Shown here one piece after another: positions 49,200 through 61,254 of a stretch of DNA of 64,000 nucleotides. Every line of letters starts with the position of its first letter. The first letter of the stretch is position 1. Under the pieces are notes generated by a model, which worked only from the letters and a program-made list of their open reading frames with translations, had not been told where the DNA came from and did no database searches. The DNA comes from Squalus acanthias (Eukaryota), in assembly GCA_030390025.1 (NCBI GenBank), contig JASTWF010000639.1, positions 1-64,000 on the forward strand, read 5' to 3'. The position numbers and the translations under genes were made by a program.

Positions 49200-51080
49200 A
49201 TTTGAAAATTCTCATCCTTCTATTCAAATCCCTCCATGGCCTCCTCCCTATCTCTGTAACCTCCTCCAACCCCTACAACCCTCCCTATCTCTGTAACCTC
49301 CTCCAACCCCTACAACCCTCCCTATCTCTGTAACCTACTCCAGCCCTACAACCCTCCCTATCTCTGTAACCTCCTCCAGCCCCTACGACCCTCCCTATCT
49401 CTCTAACCTCCTCTGGCCCATACAAGCTTCCCTATCTCTATAACGTCCTCCAGCCCCCTACAACCCTCCCTATCTCTCTAACCTCCTCCAGCCCCTTACA
49501 ACCCTCCCTATCTCTGTAACCTCCTCCAGCCCCTACAACCCTCCCTATCTCTGTAACCTCCTCCAGCCCCCTACAACCCTCCCAGACCTCTGTAAACTCC
49601 TCCAGCCCCTACAACCCTCCCTATCTCTGTAACCTCCTCCAGCCCCTCCAACCCTCCCTATCTCTGTAACCTCCTCCAGCCCCTACAACCCTCCCTATCT
49701 CTGTAACCTCCTCCAGCCCTACAACCCTCCCTATCTCTGTAACCTCCTCCAGCCCCTACAACCCTCCCTATCTCTGTAACCTCCTCCAGCCCCCTACAAC
49801 CCTCCCTATCTCTGTAACCTCCTCCAGCCCCTACAGCCCTCCCTATCTCTGTAACCTCCTCCAGCCCCCTACAACCCTCCCTATCTCTGTAACCTCCTCC
49901 AGCCCCTACAACCCTCTCTATCTCTGTAACCTCCTCCAGCCCCCTACAACCCTCCCTATCTCTGTAACCTCCTCCAGCCCCCTACAACCCTCCCTATCTC
50001 TGTAACCTCCTCCAGCCCCCTACAACCCTCCCTATTTCTGTAACCTCCTCCAGCCCCCTACAACCCTCCCTATCTCTGTAACCTCCTCCAGCCCCCTACA
50101 ACCCTCCCTATCTCTGTAACCTCCTCCAACCCCTACAACCCTCCCTATCTCTGTAACCTCCTCCAGCCCCTCCAACCCTCCCTATCTCTGTAACCTCCTC
50201 CAGCCCCTACAACCCTCCCTATCTCTGTAACCTCCTCCAGCCCTACAACCCTCCCTATCTCTGTAACCTCCTCCAGCCCCTACAACCCTCCCTATCTCTG
50301 TAACCTCCTCCAGCCCCCTACAACCCTCCCTATCTCTGTAACCTCCTCCAGCCCCTACAGCCCTCCCTATCTCTGTAACCTCCTCCAGCCCCCTACAACC
50401 CTCCCTATCTCTGTAACCTCCTCCAGCCCCCTACAACCCTCTCTATCTCTGTAACCTCCTCCAGCCCCCTACAACCCTCCCTATCTCTGTAACCTCCTCC
50501 AGCCCCCTACAACCCTCCCTATCTCTGTAACCTCCTCCAGCCCCCTACAACCCTCCCTATTTCTGTAACCTCCTCCAGCCCCCTACAACCCTCCCTATCT
50601 CTGTAACCTCCTCCAGCCCCCTACAACCCTCCCTATCTCTGTAACCTCCTCCAACCCCCTACAACCCTCCCTATCTCTGTAACCTCCTCCAGCCCCTACA
50701 ACCCTCCCTATCTCTGTAACCTCCTCCAGCCCCTACAACCCTCCCTATCTCTGTAACCTCCTCCAGCCCCTACAACCCTCCCAGATCTCTGCGCTCCTCC
50801 AATTCTGGCCTCTTGAGCATCCCCCGATTTCCATCGCTCCACCATTGGTGGCCGTGCCTTCAGCCGCCTGGGCCCCGAGCTCTGGAATTCCCTCCCTGAA
50901 CCTCTCCGCCTCTCTCTCCTCCTTTAAGACGCTCCTTAAAACTGACCTCTTTGACCCAGCTTTTGGTCGCCTGTCCTAATATCTCCTTATGTGTCAAAAA
51001 AGTTATTTATTGATATCACTCTTGTTAAGTGCCTTGAGAGATTTTACTGCATTAAATGGGCTATATAAATATAAGTTGCT
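49200..51080 (+). mobile_element. L2 fragment with 37-bp array (about 49243-50782)
   Basis: Plus-strand copy of the same structure. Confidence 0.85.
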
Positions 51081-52039
51081 GTTTTTGATATTGTTGGATA
51101 ATGGCCTCGCCCCCTCCCTCTCTCCGCAAGCTCTGGTTACCGACCCTCCTGCCACTGGAAACAGTTTCTCCTTATTTACTCTATCCAAACCCCTCATGAT
51201 TTTTAACGCCTCTATTAAATCTCCACCTTAACCTTCTCTGCTCTAAGGAGAACAACCCCAGCTTCTCCAGTCTCTCCACATCACTGAAGTCCCTCATCCC
51301 TGGGACCGTTCTGGTCAATCTCCTCCACACCCTCTCCAAGGCCTTGACATCCTGCCTGAAGTGGGCGGGGCTCAGAATTGGGACTTGCAAGTTGTTGTTG
51401 TTGCTGTTCCCTCTCTCTGGAGCACGTGGATTGAGTTGGGCCGGAATCAGACGGGTTGTTAGTGGGAATCGCCCCCAAGTCTGGCAGTAACGGGCACAAC
51501 ACTTTCAATCTCCTTCCCTGCGCACACAATGGATTGAGAGAGGATGCGGAAATGTCGCTCCGGTAGAGCAGGGCAAGACCTTCTACAGGTGGAGGCTTGT
51601 TTGGGAAGAGTAGATGGAACGCTACACTATCTCTAACTGAAGATACACTTTGGCTGCCTCTTGCTGCCCTTGTCCTTCTAGGTGGAAGAGGTGGCGGGTT
51701 TGGGAGGTGCTGCCGAAGAAGCCTTGGCGAGTTGCTGCAGTGCATCTCGTAGATGGTTCTGTCCTGCTCGCCATTGGCCACATCTGTTGAACAATTCTCA
51801 CCGAAAAATATAACTGAAATACAAAGATAACGTTCGATTGGGAAAAATTCACAGGGCTGTGGGGAAAGAGCAGGGGGTAGTGCGACTAATTGGAGAGCTC
51901 GTTCAAAGAGCCGGCACAGGCAGGATAGGCCGAACGGCCTCCTTCTGTGCTGTATCATTCTACGGCTCTATCCTTTGGAGAACGTGTTTCGCACTCAGGC
52001 TGCAAGGGGGTGGATCTTTCTCTTTGTTCATTTTCAGGA

Positions 52040-52580
52040 TCTGGGCGTCGCTGGCAAGGCCGGCATTTATTGCCCATCCCTAGTCGCCCTTGAGAAGGTG
52101 GTGGTGAGCCGCCTTCTTGAACCGCTGCAGTCCATGGGGTGAAGGTGCTCCCACAGTGCTGTTAGGGAGGGAGTTCCAGGATTTTGACCCAGTGACGATG
52201 AAGGAACGGCCGATATATTCCCAAGTCAGGATGGTGTGTGACTTGGTGGGGAACTTGGAGGTGGTGGTCTTCCCATGCGCCTGCTGCCCTTATCCTTCTA
52301 GGTGGAAGAGGTGGCGGGTTTGGGAGGTGCTGCCGAAGAAGCCTTGGTGAGTTGCTGCAGTGCATCTTGTAGATGGTGCACACTGCAGCCACGGTGCGCC
52401 GGTGGTGGAGGGAGTGAATGTTTAAGGTGGTGGATGGGGTGCCAATCAAGCGGGCTGCTTTGTCCTGGATGGTGTCGAGCTTCTCGAGTGTTGTTGGAGC
52501 TGCACTCATCCAGGCAAGTGGAGAGTATTCCATCACACTCCTGACTTGTGCCTTGTAGATGGTGGAAAGGCTTTGGGGAG
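52040..52580 (-). mobile_element. Non-LTR retrotransposon 3' fragment (CR1/Jockey group)
   Basis: IYKAQVRSVMEYSPLAW..LDTIQDKAARLI..LHHRRTVAAV; related pieces at about 37230-37320 and 51660-51760. Confidence 0.7.
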
Positions 52581-52637
52581 TCGCTGCTGTCATGGCAACT
52601 CGGATGTCAAGCAGATTCCGCATCAAGTAGGAATCTT

Positions 52638-53457
52638 ACACTTGGAGCACTGTGCACAGTTCTGGTCTCCATATACCTTGGTTAGACCACACTTGGAGCA
52701 CTGTACACAGTTCTGGTCTCCATATACCTTGGTTAGACCACACTTGGAGCACTGTACACAGTTCTGGTCTCCATATACCTTGGTTAGACCACACTTGGAG
52801 CACTGCGCACAGTTCTGGTCTCCATATACCTTGGTTAGACCACACTTGGAGCACTGTGCACAGTTCTGGTCTCCATATACCTTGGTTAGACCACACTTGG
52901 AGCACTGTGCACAGTTCTGGTCTCCATGTTATAAAAAGGATATAGAGGCACTGGAGAAGGCACAAATAAGATTTAAGAGGATGATACCAGAACTGAGAGG
53001 ATATACTTATCAGGAAAGATTGAACAGGCTGGGACTCTTTTCTCTAGAAAAGAGAAGGCCGATGGGTGACCTGATTGAGGTCTTTAAGATTATGAAGAGG
53101 TTCGATAGGGTAGACGTAGAGAAGATGTTTCCACTTGTGGGGGAGACCAGAACTAGGGGCCGTCAATATAAGAGAGTCACTGATAAATCCAATAGGGAAT
53201 TCAGGAGAAACTTCTTTCCCCAGAGAGTGGTGAGAATGGGGAACTCGCTACCACAGGGAGTGGTTGAGGCGAAGAGCAGAGATGTGTTTAAGGGGAAGCT
53301 GGATAAACACACGAGGGAGAAAGGAATAGAAGGATATGTTGATGGGGTGTGATGAAGAGGGGTGGAGGAGGCTGGTGTGGAGCATAAACACCGGCACGGA
53401 GCAGTGGGGCTGAACGAACTGTTTCTGTGCTGTGAGCTCGAAGTAATTCTCTGTAAC
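52638..53457 (+). mobile_element. CR1 3' fragment with in-frame 51-bp tandem expansion
   Basis: About 6 copies of HLEHCAQFWSPYTLVRP; same subfamily as 13281-14350. Confidence 0.9.
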
Positions 53458-53514
53458 GTGAAGTGCACGAGGAGGGTGGAGCTTGGACGCTAACGATAAT
53501 GTTCGTCTGCCCAG

Positions 53515-53868
53515 GTGCGTGGTGTTTGGACTGGGCGGCAACTCTACCCAGAAACGCAACAGCACAGAGAGGCTTGTGTGCGGTGATTCCATGCAGCTAT
53601 CAGTATCCACCCACTCTGCCACCAACAAAGTATGTGGGAATCTGGTACAGAAATTTCGGAAAACCGACCATCACAACAGTTTACAACAGCAGCAACACTT
53701 TTCCATTGACCGACCGATACAAACTGGGAGGTGATCTGGAAAAAGGAGACTGTTCCTTGATAATCAACAATGTCAACTCTAATGACAGTGGTGGCTATCA
53801 CTTCAGGATCGAGCTGGGAGCAGCCGGGAAGTATACTTACATGAATCAGGTCCACTTACAGCTTTCAG
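53515..53868 (+). CDS. Siglec-like gene B, V-set Ig domain exon
   Basis: cccag acceptor, gtgggt donor, 354 nt. LDW, GLCAVIPC, IWYR, DCSLII, DSGGYHFRIE (essential Arg), GKYTY. Confidence 0.93.
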
Positions 53869-53924
53869 GTGGGTTCCTGACCTTCCTACCTTAGTGTTTA
53901 GACCGGACAGTGTTAGACCAGACA

Positions 53925-55850
53925 GTGTGTTTGATGGGACAGTGTGTTTGATGGGACAGTGTGTTTGATGGGACAGTGTGTTTGATGGGACAGTGTGTTT
54001 GATGGGACAGTGTGTTTGATGGGACAGTGTGTTTGATGGGACAGTGTGTTTGATGGGACAGTGTGTTTGATGGGACAGTGTTTGATGGGACAGTGTTTGA
54101 TGGGACAGTGTAGCGGGTTTGAGAGGATAGTGTTTGATGGGACAGTGTTTGATGGGACAGTGTAGAGGGTTTGATGGGACAGTGTAGAGGGTTTGATGGG
54201 ACAGTGTTTGATGGGAAAGTGTAGAGGGTTTGATGGGACAGTGTAGAGGGTTTGATGGGACAGTGTTTGATGGGACAGTGTAGAGGGTTTGATGGGACAG
54301 TGTTTGATGGGACAGTGTTTGATGGGACAGTGTTTGATGGGACAGTGTAGCGGGTTTGAGAGGATAGTGTTTGATGGGACAGTGTTTGATGGGACAGTAT
54401 TTGCTGGGACAGTGTAGAGGGTTTGATGGGACAGTGTTTGATGGGACAGTGTAGAGGGTTTGATGGGACAGTGTTTGATGGGAAAGTGTAGCGGGTTTGA
54501 TGGGACAGTGTAGAGGGTTTGATGGGACAGTGTTTGATGGGACAGGGTTTGATGGGACAGTGTAGAGGGTTTGATGGGACAGTGTTTGATGGGACAGTGT
54601 AGAGGGTTTGATGGGATAGTGTTTGAGAGGACAGTGTTTGATGGGACAGGGTTTGATGGGACAGTATAGAGGGTTTGATGGGACAGTGTAGAGGGTTTGA
54701 TGGGACAGGGTTTGATGGGACAGGGTTTGATGGGACAGTATAGAGGGTTTGATGGGACAGTGTTTGATGGGACAGTGTAGCGGGTTTGAGAGGACAGTGT
54801 TTGATGGGACAGTGTAGCGGGTTTGAGAGGATAGTGTTTGATGGGACAGTGTTTGATGGGACAGTATTTGCTGGGACAGTGTAGAGGGTTTGATGGGACA
54901 GTGTTTGATGGGACAGTGTAGAGGGTTTGATGGGACAGTGTTTGATGGGAAAGTGTAGCGGGTTTGATGGGACAGTGTAGAGGGTTTGATGGGACAGTGT
55001 TTGATGGGACAGGGTTTGATGGGACAGTGTAGAGGGTTTGAGAGGACAGTGTTTGATGGGACAGTGTAGAGGGTTTGAGAGGACAGTGTTTGATGGGACA
55101 GTGTTTGATGGGACAGTATAGAGGGTTTGACGGGACAGTGTTTGATGGGACAGGGTTTGATGGGACAGTGTAGAGGGTTTGATGGGACAGTGTTTGATGG
55201 GACAGTGTAGAGGGTTTGATGGGATAGTGTTTGAGAGGACAGTGTTTGATGGGACAGGGTTTGATGGGACAGTATAGAGGGTTTGATGGGACAGTGTAGA
55301 GGGTTTGATGGGACAGGGTTTGATGGGACAGGGTTTGATGGGACAGTATAGAGGGTTTGATGGGACAGTGTTTGATGGGACAGTGTAGCGGGTTTGAGAG
55401 GACAGTGTTTGATGGGACAGTGTAGAGGGTTTGATGGGACAGTGTTTGATGGGACAGTGTTTGATGGGACAGTGTAGAGGGCTTGATGGGACAGTGTTTG
55501 ATGGGACAGTGTAAAGGGTTTGATGGGACAGTGTTTGATGGGACAGTGTAGAGGGTTTGATGGAACAGTGTTTGATGGGACAGGGTTTGATGGGACAGTG
55601 TAGAGGGTTTGATGGGACAGTGTAGAGGGTTTGAGAGGACAGTGTTTGATGGGACAGTGTAGAGGGTTTGAGGGGACAGTGTTTGATGGGACAGTGTAGA
55701 GGGTTTGAGGGGACAGTGTTTGATGGGACAGTGTAGAGGGTTTGAGGGGACAGGGTTTGATGGGACAGTGTAGAGGGTTTGATGGGACAGTGTAGAGGGT
55801 TTGAGGGGACAGTGTAATGGGTTTGATGGGACAGTGTTTCATGGGACAGT
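53925..55850. repeat. Composite satellite of 15/17/24-bp subunits derived from the 67-bp unit
   Basis: gtttgatgggacagt, gtttgatgggacagtgt and gtttgatgggacagtgtagagg-type units interspersed. Confidence 0.9.
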
Positions 55851-55963
55851 TCAGAAGGAGCTCTCCTCTATTCCACAGCACAAATCTTCACCGTAGAGCA
55901 GAGCTGAAACGTTAAGCAAGGTGATGACATTTCCCTGCCGATGAATGTGCCTCTTTTTATTAG

Positions 55964-56269
55964 ATCTTACAGATAAACCGACTATCTCACACACTGAGGA
56001 TATAATTGAAGGGTTACCAGTGAATATAACCTGTACCTTTACCAGTAACTGCAGTGGGATACCACCTACTTTGGAATGGCCGCGAGCCAGTGCTGTTAAT
56101 GCTTCACCCTCACACATGAAGACTGAAAGGCAGAACACGACCTGGGTGTTTACGAGGATCTTGACCTTCATTCCCTCCTTCAGGCACCAGGGCAAAGTGC
56201 TTCAGTGCAGAGTTGCATACTCGAGTTCCTCATCCTCATCCTCACAAAACATCAGCTTAGAGATTCAAT
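55964..56269 (+). CDS. Siglec-like gene B, Ig domain 2 exon
   Basis: ttattag acceptor, gtaagg donor, 306 nt. DLTDKPTI..ITCTFTSNCSGIPPTLEW..LTFIPSFRHQGKVLQC. Confidence 0.92.
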
Positions 56270-56419
56270 GTAAGGAAAATCTCTTTTTTGTTTCTGAATG
56301 GGGTTTAATTTCATCCAAAATCCAGGGCACGTGTTTCAGTGAATTATGATGGGAGAATCGTTTGGTACAAGGCCGTTTCAAGAAAGAAAAGACTTCTTGG
56401 GTGTTAGTTCATTCTCACC

Positions 56420-58845
56420 TACCCATCTCCCCAAACCCCATCTCCCCCATCTCCCCATCATCTTCCCCAACCCCCCATCATCTCCCCAAACCCCATCACC
56501 CCATCTCCCCATCAAAACCCCATCTCCCCCAACCCCATCATCTCCCCCAACCCCATCATCTCCCGCAACCCCCCATCATCTCCCGCAACCCCCCATCATC
56601 TCCCGCAACCCCCCAACCCCATCTCCATCAAAACCCCATCTCCCCCAAACCCATCATCTCCCTCAACCCCCAAATTCCATCTCCCCATCATCTCCCTCAA
56701 CCCCATCATCTCCCTCAACCCCATCATCTCCCTCAACCCCCCATCATCTCCCGCAACCCCCCATCATCTCCCGCAACCCCCCATCATCTCCCGCAACCCC
56801 CCATCATCTCCCGCAACCCCCCAACCCCATCTCCCCCAACCCCATCATCTCCCCCAACCCCCCAACCCCATCTCCCCATCAAAACCCCATCTCCCTCAAC
56901 CCCAACATCTCCCCCACCCCCTCATCTCCCTCATCTCCCTGAACCCCATCACCCCATCATCGCCCCAAACCACATCATCTTCCTAAACCCCATCATCTCC
57001 CTAAACCTCATCTCCCCCAAACTCCTCTCCCCATCATGTCCCATAACCCCACCTTCTCACCATATCCCTCAACCCCACCTACCTACCCATCTTCTCCCCA
57101 TATCCCTTTACCCAACCTTCTCCCCACATCCCCCAACCCCACCCACCCACCCTCTCCCCACATCCCCCAACCCCACCCACCTTCTCCCCACATCCCCCAA
57201 CCCCACCCACCCACCTTCTCCCCACATCCCTCAACCCCACCCACCCACCTTCTCCCCACATCCCTCAACCCCACCCACCCACCTTCTCCCCACATCCCTC
57301 AACCCCACCCACCCACCTTCTCCCCACATCCCTCAACCCCACCCACCCACCTTCTCCCCACATCCCTCAACCCCACCCACCCACCTTCTCCCCACATCCC
57401 TCAACCCCACCCACCCACCTTCGCCCCACATCCCTCAACCCCACCCACCCACCTTCGCCCCACATCCCTCAACCCCACCTTCGCCCCACATCCCTCAACC
57501 CCACCTTCGCCCCACATCCCTCAACCCCACCTTCGCCCCACATCCCTCAACCCCACCTTCGCCCCACATCCCTCAACCCCACCTGCGCCCCACATCCCTC
57601 AACCCCACCTGCGCCCCACATCCCTCAACCCCACCTTCGCCCCACATCCCTCAACCCCACCTTCGCCCCACATCCCTCAACCCCACCTTCGCCCCACATC
57701 CCTCAACCCCACCCACCCACCTTCGCCCCACATCCCTCAACCCCACCTTCGCCCCACATCCCTCAACCCCACCTTCGCCCCACATCCCTCAACCCCACCT
57801 GCGCCCCACATCCCTCAACCCCACCTTCGCCCCACATCCCTCAACCCCACCTTCGCCCCACATCCCTCAACCCCACCTTCGCCCCACATCCCTCAACCCC
57901 ACCTTCGCCCCACATCCCTCAACCCCACCTTCGCCCCACATCCCTCAACCCCACCTGCGCCCCACATCCCTCAACCCCACCTGCGCCCCACATCCCTCAA
58001 CCCCACCTTCGCCCCACATCCCTCAACCCCACCCACCCACCTTCGCCCCACATCCCTCAACCCCACCTTCGCCCCACATCCCTCAACCCCACCCACCCAC
58101 CTTCGCCCCACATCCCTCAACCCCACCCACCCACCTTCGCCCCACATCCCTCAACCCCACCCACCCACCTTCGCCCCACATCCCTCAACCCCACCCACCC
58201 ACCTTCTCCCCACATCCCTCAACCCCACCCACCCACCTTCTCCCCACTTCCCTCAACCCCACACCCACCTTCTCCCCACATCCCTCAACCTCACCCACCC
58301 ACCTTCTCCCCACATCCCTCAACCCCACCCACCCACCCACCTCCTCCCCACATCCCTCAACCCCACCCACCCACCTCCTCCCCACATCCCTCAACCCCAC
58401 CCACCCACCTCCTCCCCACATCCCTCAACCCCACCCACCCACCTTCGCCCCACATCCCTCAACCCCACCTTCGCCCCACATCCCTCAACCCCACCTTCGC
58501 CCCACATTCCTCAACCCCACCCACCCACCTTCTCCCCACATCCCTCAACCCCACCCACCCACCTTCTCCCCACATCCCTCAACCCCACCCACCCACCTTC
58601 TCCCCACATCCCTCAACCCCACCCACCCACCTTCTCCCCACATCCCTCAACCCCACCCACCCACCTTCTCCCCACATCCCTCAACCCCACCCACCCACCT
58701 TCTCCCCACATCCCTCAACCCCACCCACCCACCTTCTCCCCACATCCCTCAACCCCACCTACCCACCTCCTCCCCACATCCCTCAACCCCACCCACCCAC
58801 CTTCTCCCCACAAACCCACCTTCTCCCCATATCCCTCAACCCCAC
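56420..58845. repeat. C-rich tandem repeat with 26- and 34-bp units
   Basis: ccccacatccctcaaccccaccttcg and ccccacatccctcaaccccacccacccaccttct. Confidence 0.92.
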
Positions 58846-58849
58846 TTAC

Positions 58850-59488
58850 TGACCAAACCACATAAGGAGATATTCGGACAGGCGACCAAAAGCTTGCTCG
58901 GTGAGGTCGGTTTTAAGGAGCGTCTTAAAGGAGGAGAGAGAGGCGGAGAGGTTTAGGGAGGGAATTCCAGAGCTCGGGGCCCAGGCTGCTGAAGGCACGG
59001 CCGCCAATGGTGGAGCGATGGAAATCGGGGGGGGATGCGCGAGAGGCCGGAATTGGAGGAGCGCAGAGATCTGGGAGATTCACAACAGTAACAGTCCGAA
59101 TCTGTAACCTTACACTTTCAGCTTCACCAAGGAGTGTACTTTGAACGCAGTTGCCCCGTTTCTCCTCAGCGTCACATACCCTGTCCTCCGCACTCGTCTG
59201 CCACACCTTCCCTCCGACTCTCTTCCCCTCACCTGGGGCTCAGCAAGATCCCACGATTTCCATCGCGGCCGTGCCTTCAGCCGCCCGGGCCCCGAACCCT
59301 GCAATACCCTCCCTAAACCTCTCCGCCTCTCTCTCTCCTCCTTTAAGATGCTCTACCTCTTTGACCGAGTTTTTGGTCGCCTGTCCTAATATTTCCTTAT
59401 GTGGCTCAGTGTCAATTATTGTCGGACTTGCGTTCCTGTGAAGATTTTTCAACGTTAAAGGCGCTATAGAAATGCAAGTTGTTGTTGA
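58850..59488. mobile_element. Two L2 3' fragments in opposite orientation
   Basis: 58850-59075 minus, about 59240-59488 plus ending aaatgcaagttgttgttg. Confidence 0.7.
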
Positions 59489-59634
59489 CTCGTTTCCATC
59501 TCAGTGACCTTTACCCTTCAACCTTTGGCTGAACGAGATTGATCACCAAACCCTCCGAGATGTTTGAGGAATGTATGAGGAGGAGGAGGAGGGGTGTGTC
59601 AAGGTTCAACACAGAGCAACTCCGAGACGATTCC

Positions 59635-60699
59635 ATATATATTAATGACTTGGACGTGGGTGTACAGGGCACAGTTTCAAAATTTGCAGATGACACAAAA
59701 CTTGGAAGTACAGTGAACAGTGAGGAGGAGAGTGATAGACTTCAAGAGGACATAGACTGGCTGGTGAAATGGGCGGACACGTGACAGATGAAGTTTAACG
59801 CAGAAAAGTGCCAAGTGATACATTTTGGTAGGAAGAATGAGGAGAGGCAATATAAACTAAAGGGTACAATCCTAAAGGGGGTGCATGAACAGAGAGACCT
59901 GGGGATATATGTGCACAAATCGTTGAAGGTGGCAGGGCAGGTTGAGAAAGCAGTTTTAAAAAAAGCATACAGGATGCTGGGCTTCATAAATAGAGGCATA
60001 GAGTACAAAAGCAAGGACGTTATGATGAAACTTTATAAAACACTGGTTCGGCCTCAACTGGTGTATTGTGTCCAATTCTGGGCACCGCACTTTAGGAAGG
60101 ATGTGAAGGCCTTAGAGAGGGTGCAGAAAAGATTTACAAGAATAGTTCCAGGGATGAGGGACTTCAGTGATGTGGTGAGACTGGAGAAGCTGGGGTTGTT
60201 CTCCTTAGAGCAGAGAAGGTTAAGGGGAGATTGACCAGAATTGTCCCAGGGATGAGGGACTTCAGTGATGTGGAGAGACTGGAGAAGCTGGGATTGGAGC
60301 AGAGAAAGTTGAGAGGAGATTTGATCGAGGTGTTCAAAGTCATGAGGGGTCTGGACAGAGTAGATAGAGAGAAACTTTTCCCATTGGCGGAAGGGTCGAG
60401 AACCAGAGGACACAGATTTAAGGTGATTGGCAGAAGAACCAAAGGCGACATGAGGAAAAACTTTTTTACGCAGCGAGTGGTTATGATCTGGAATGCGCTG
60501 CCTGAAAGGGTGGTGGAGGCAGATTCAACTGTGGCTTTCAAAAGGGAGTTGGATAAGTACCTGAAGGAAAAAAAATTCACAGGGCTACGGGGAAAGGGCG
60601 GGGGAGTGGGATTGGCTGAAGCGCTCTTGCAGAGAGCCGGCACGGGCTTGACGGGCCGAATGGCCTCCTCCTGTGCTGTAACCATTCTATGGTTCTGTG
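59635..60699 (+). mobile_element. CR1 3' fragment with a partial duplication of the 98-bp segment
   Basis: KFADDTKLG to WNALPERVVEA; TRIVPGMRDFSDV occurs twice. Confidence 0.9.
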
Positions 60700-60725
60700 G
60701 CCTCCCTCTGCTTGCTTTCTTTCAG

Positions 60726-61001
60726 ATTCTCCCAGGGAGACAGCGGTACAGGTCAGCGGAGCCCGACACAGGATAAAAGAGGGAGACAACGTCACATTAA
60801 CCTGCTGCAGCAAGAGTAACCCGCCGCCGGCCAGTTACAGCTGGTTCCGGGTCGACGGAAGCGAGACGATCGAGTTCATCGCAGACACCGAGTCCATCAA
60901 CCTGGGTCGGGTAACTCGGGAGCATGATGCCGGGTTCTACTGCACAGCAGAGAACATGCTTGGCTCCAGCAACTCCACCCTGTTCAACATCAGTGTGGAG
61001 T
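60726..61001 (+). CDS. Siglec-like gene B, Ig domain 3 exon (CD22/sialoadhesin-like C2-set; gene continues past the window end)
   Basis: ttcag acceptor, gtaagt donor, 276 nt. YSPRETAVQV..IKEGDNVTLTCCSKSNPPPASYSWF..DAGFYCTAENMLG. Confidence 0.9.
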
Positions 61002-61254
61002 GTAAGTGTGAGATACACAAGAACATATGAACTAGGAGCAGGAATCGGCCACACGGCCCCTCGAGCCTGCTCCGCCATTCAATGAGATCATGGCCGATCT
61101 TCTACCTCCACTCCACTTTCCTGCCCGATCCCCCGAGAGTCCAAAAACCTACATCTCAGCCTTGAATAGACTCAACGACTGAGCCTCCACAGCCCTCTGG
61201 GGTAGAGAATTCCAAAGATTCACCGCCCTTGGAGTGAAGAAATTCCTCCTCAAA

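Larger units (their letters stand above)
47890..49200 (+). mobile_element. CR1 3' fragment split by the Penelope-like insertion
   Basis: WAEQWQMEFNPEKCEV..MLAFIS and [19 protein letters not shown] halves. Confidence 0.9.

Noticed and set aside
53803-55881. 692-aa minus-strand ORF
   Set aside because: Artefact of the satellite; antisense within a gene B intron.
56362-58956. 864-aa and 609-aa Pro/His/Thr-rich ORFs as a mucin-like stalk exon
   Set aside because: C-rich repeats are stop-poor in several frames; D2 and D3 already splice in frame; the ORF ends in antisense L2 sequence.
2537-61001. Assigning symbols such as MAG, CD22 or SIGLEC1
   Set aside because: Family signature is clear but orthology is not; domain count and cytoplasmic tails are outside the window.
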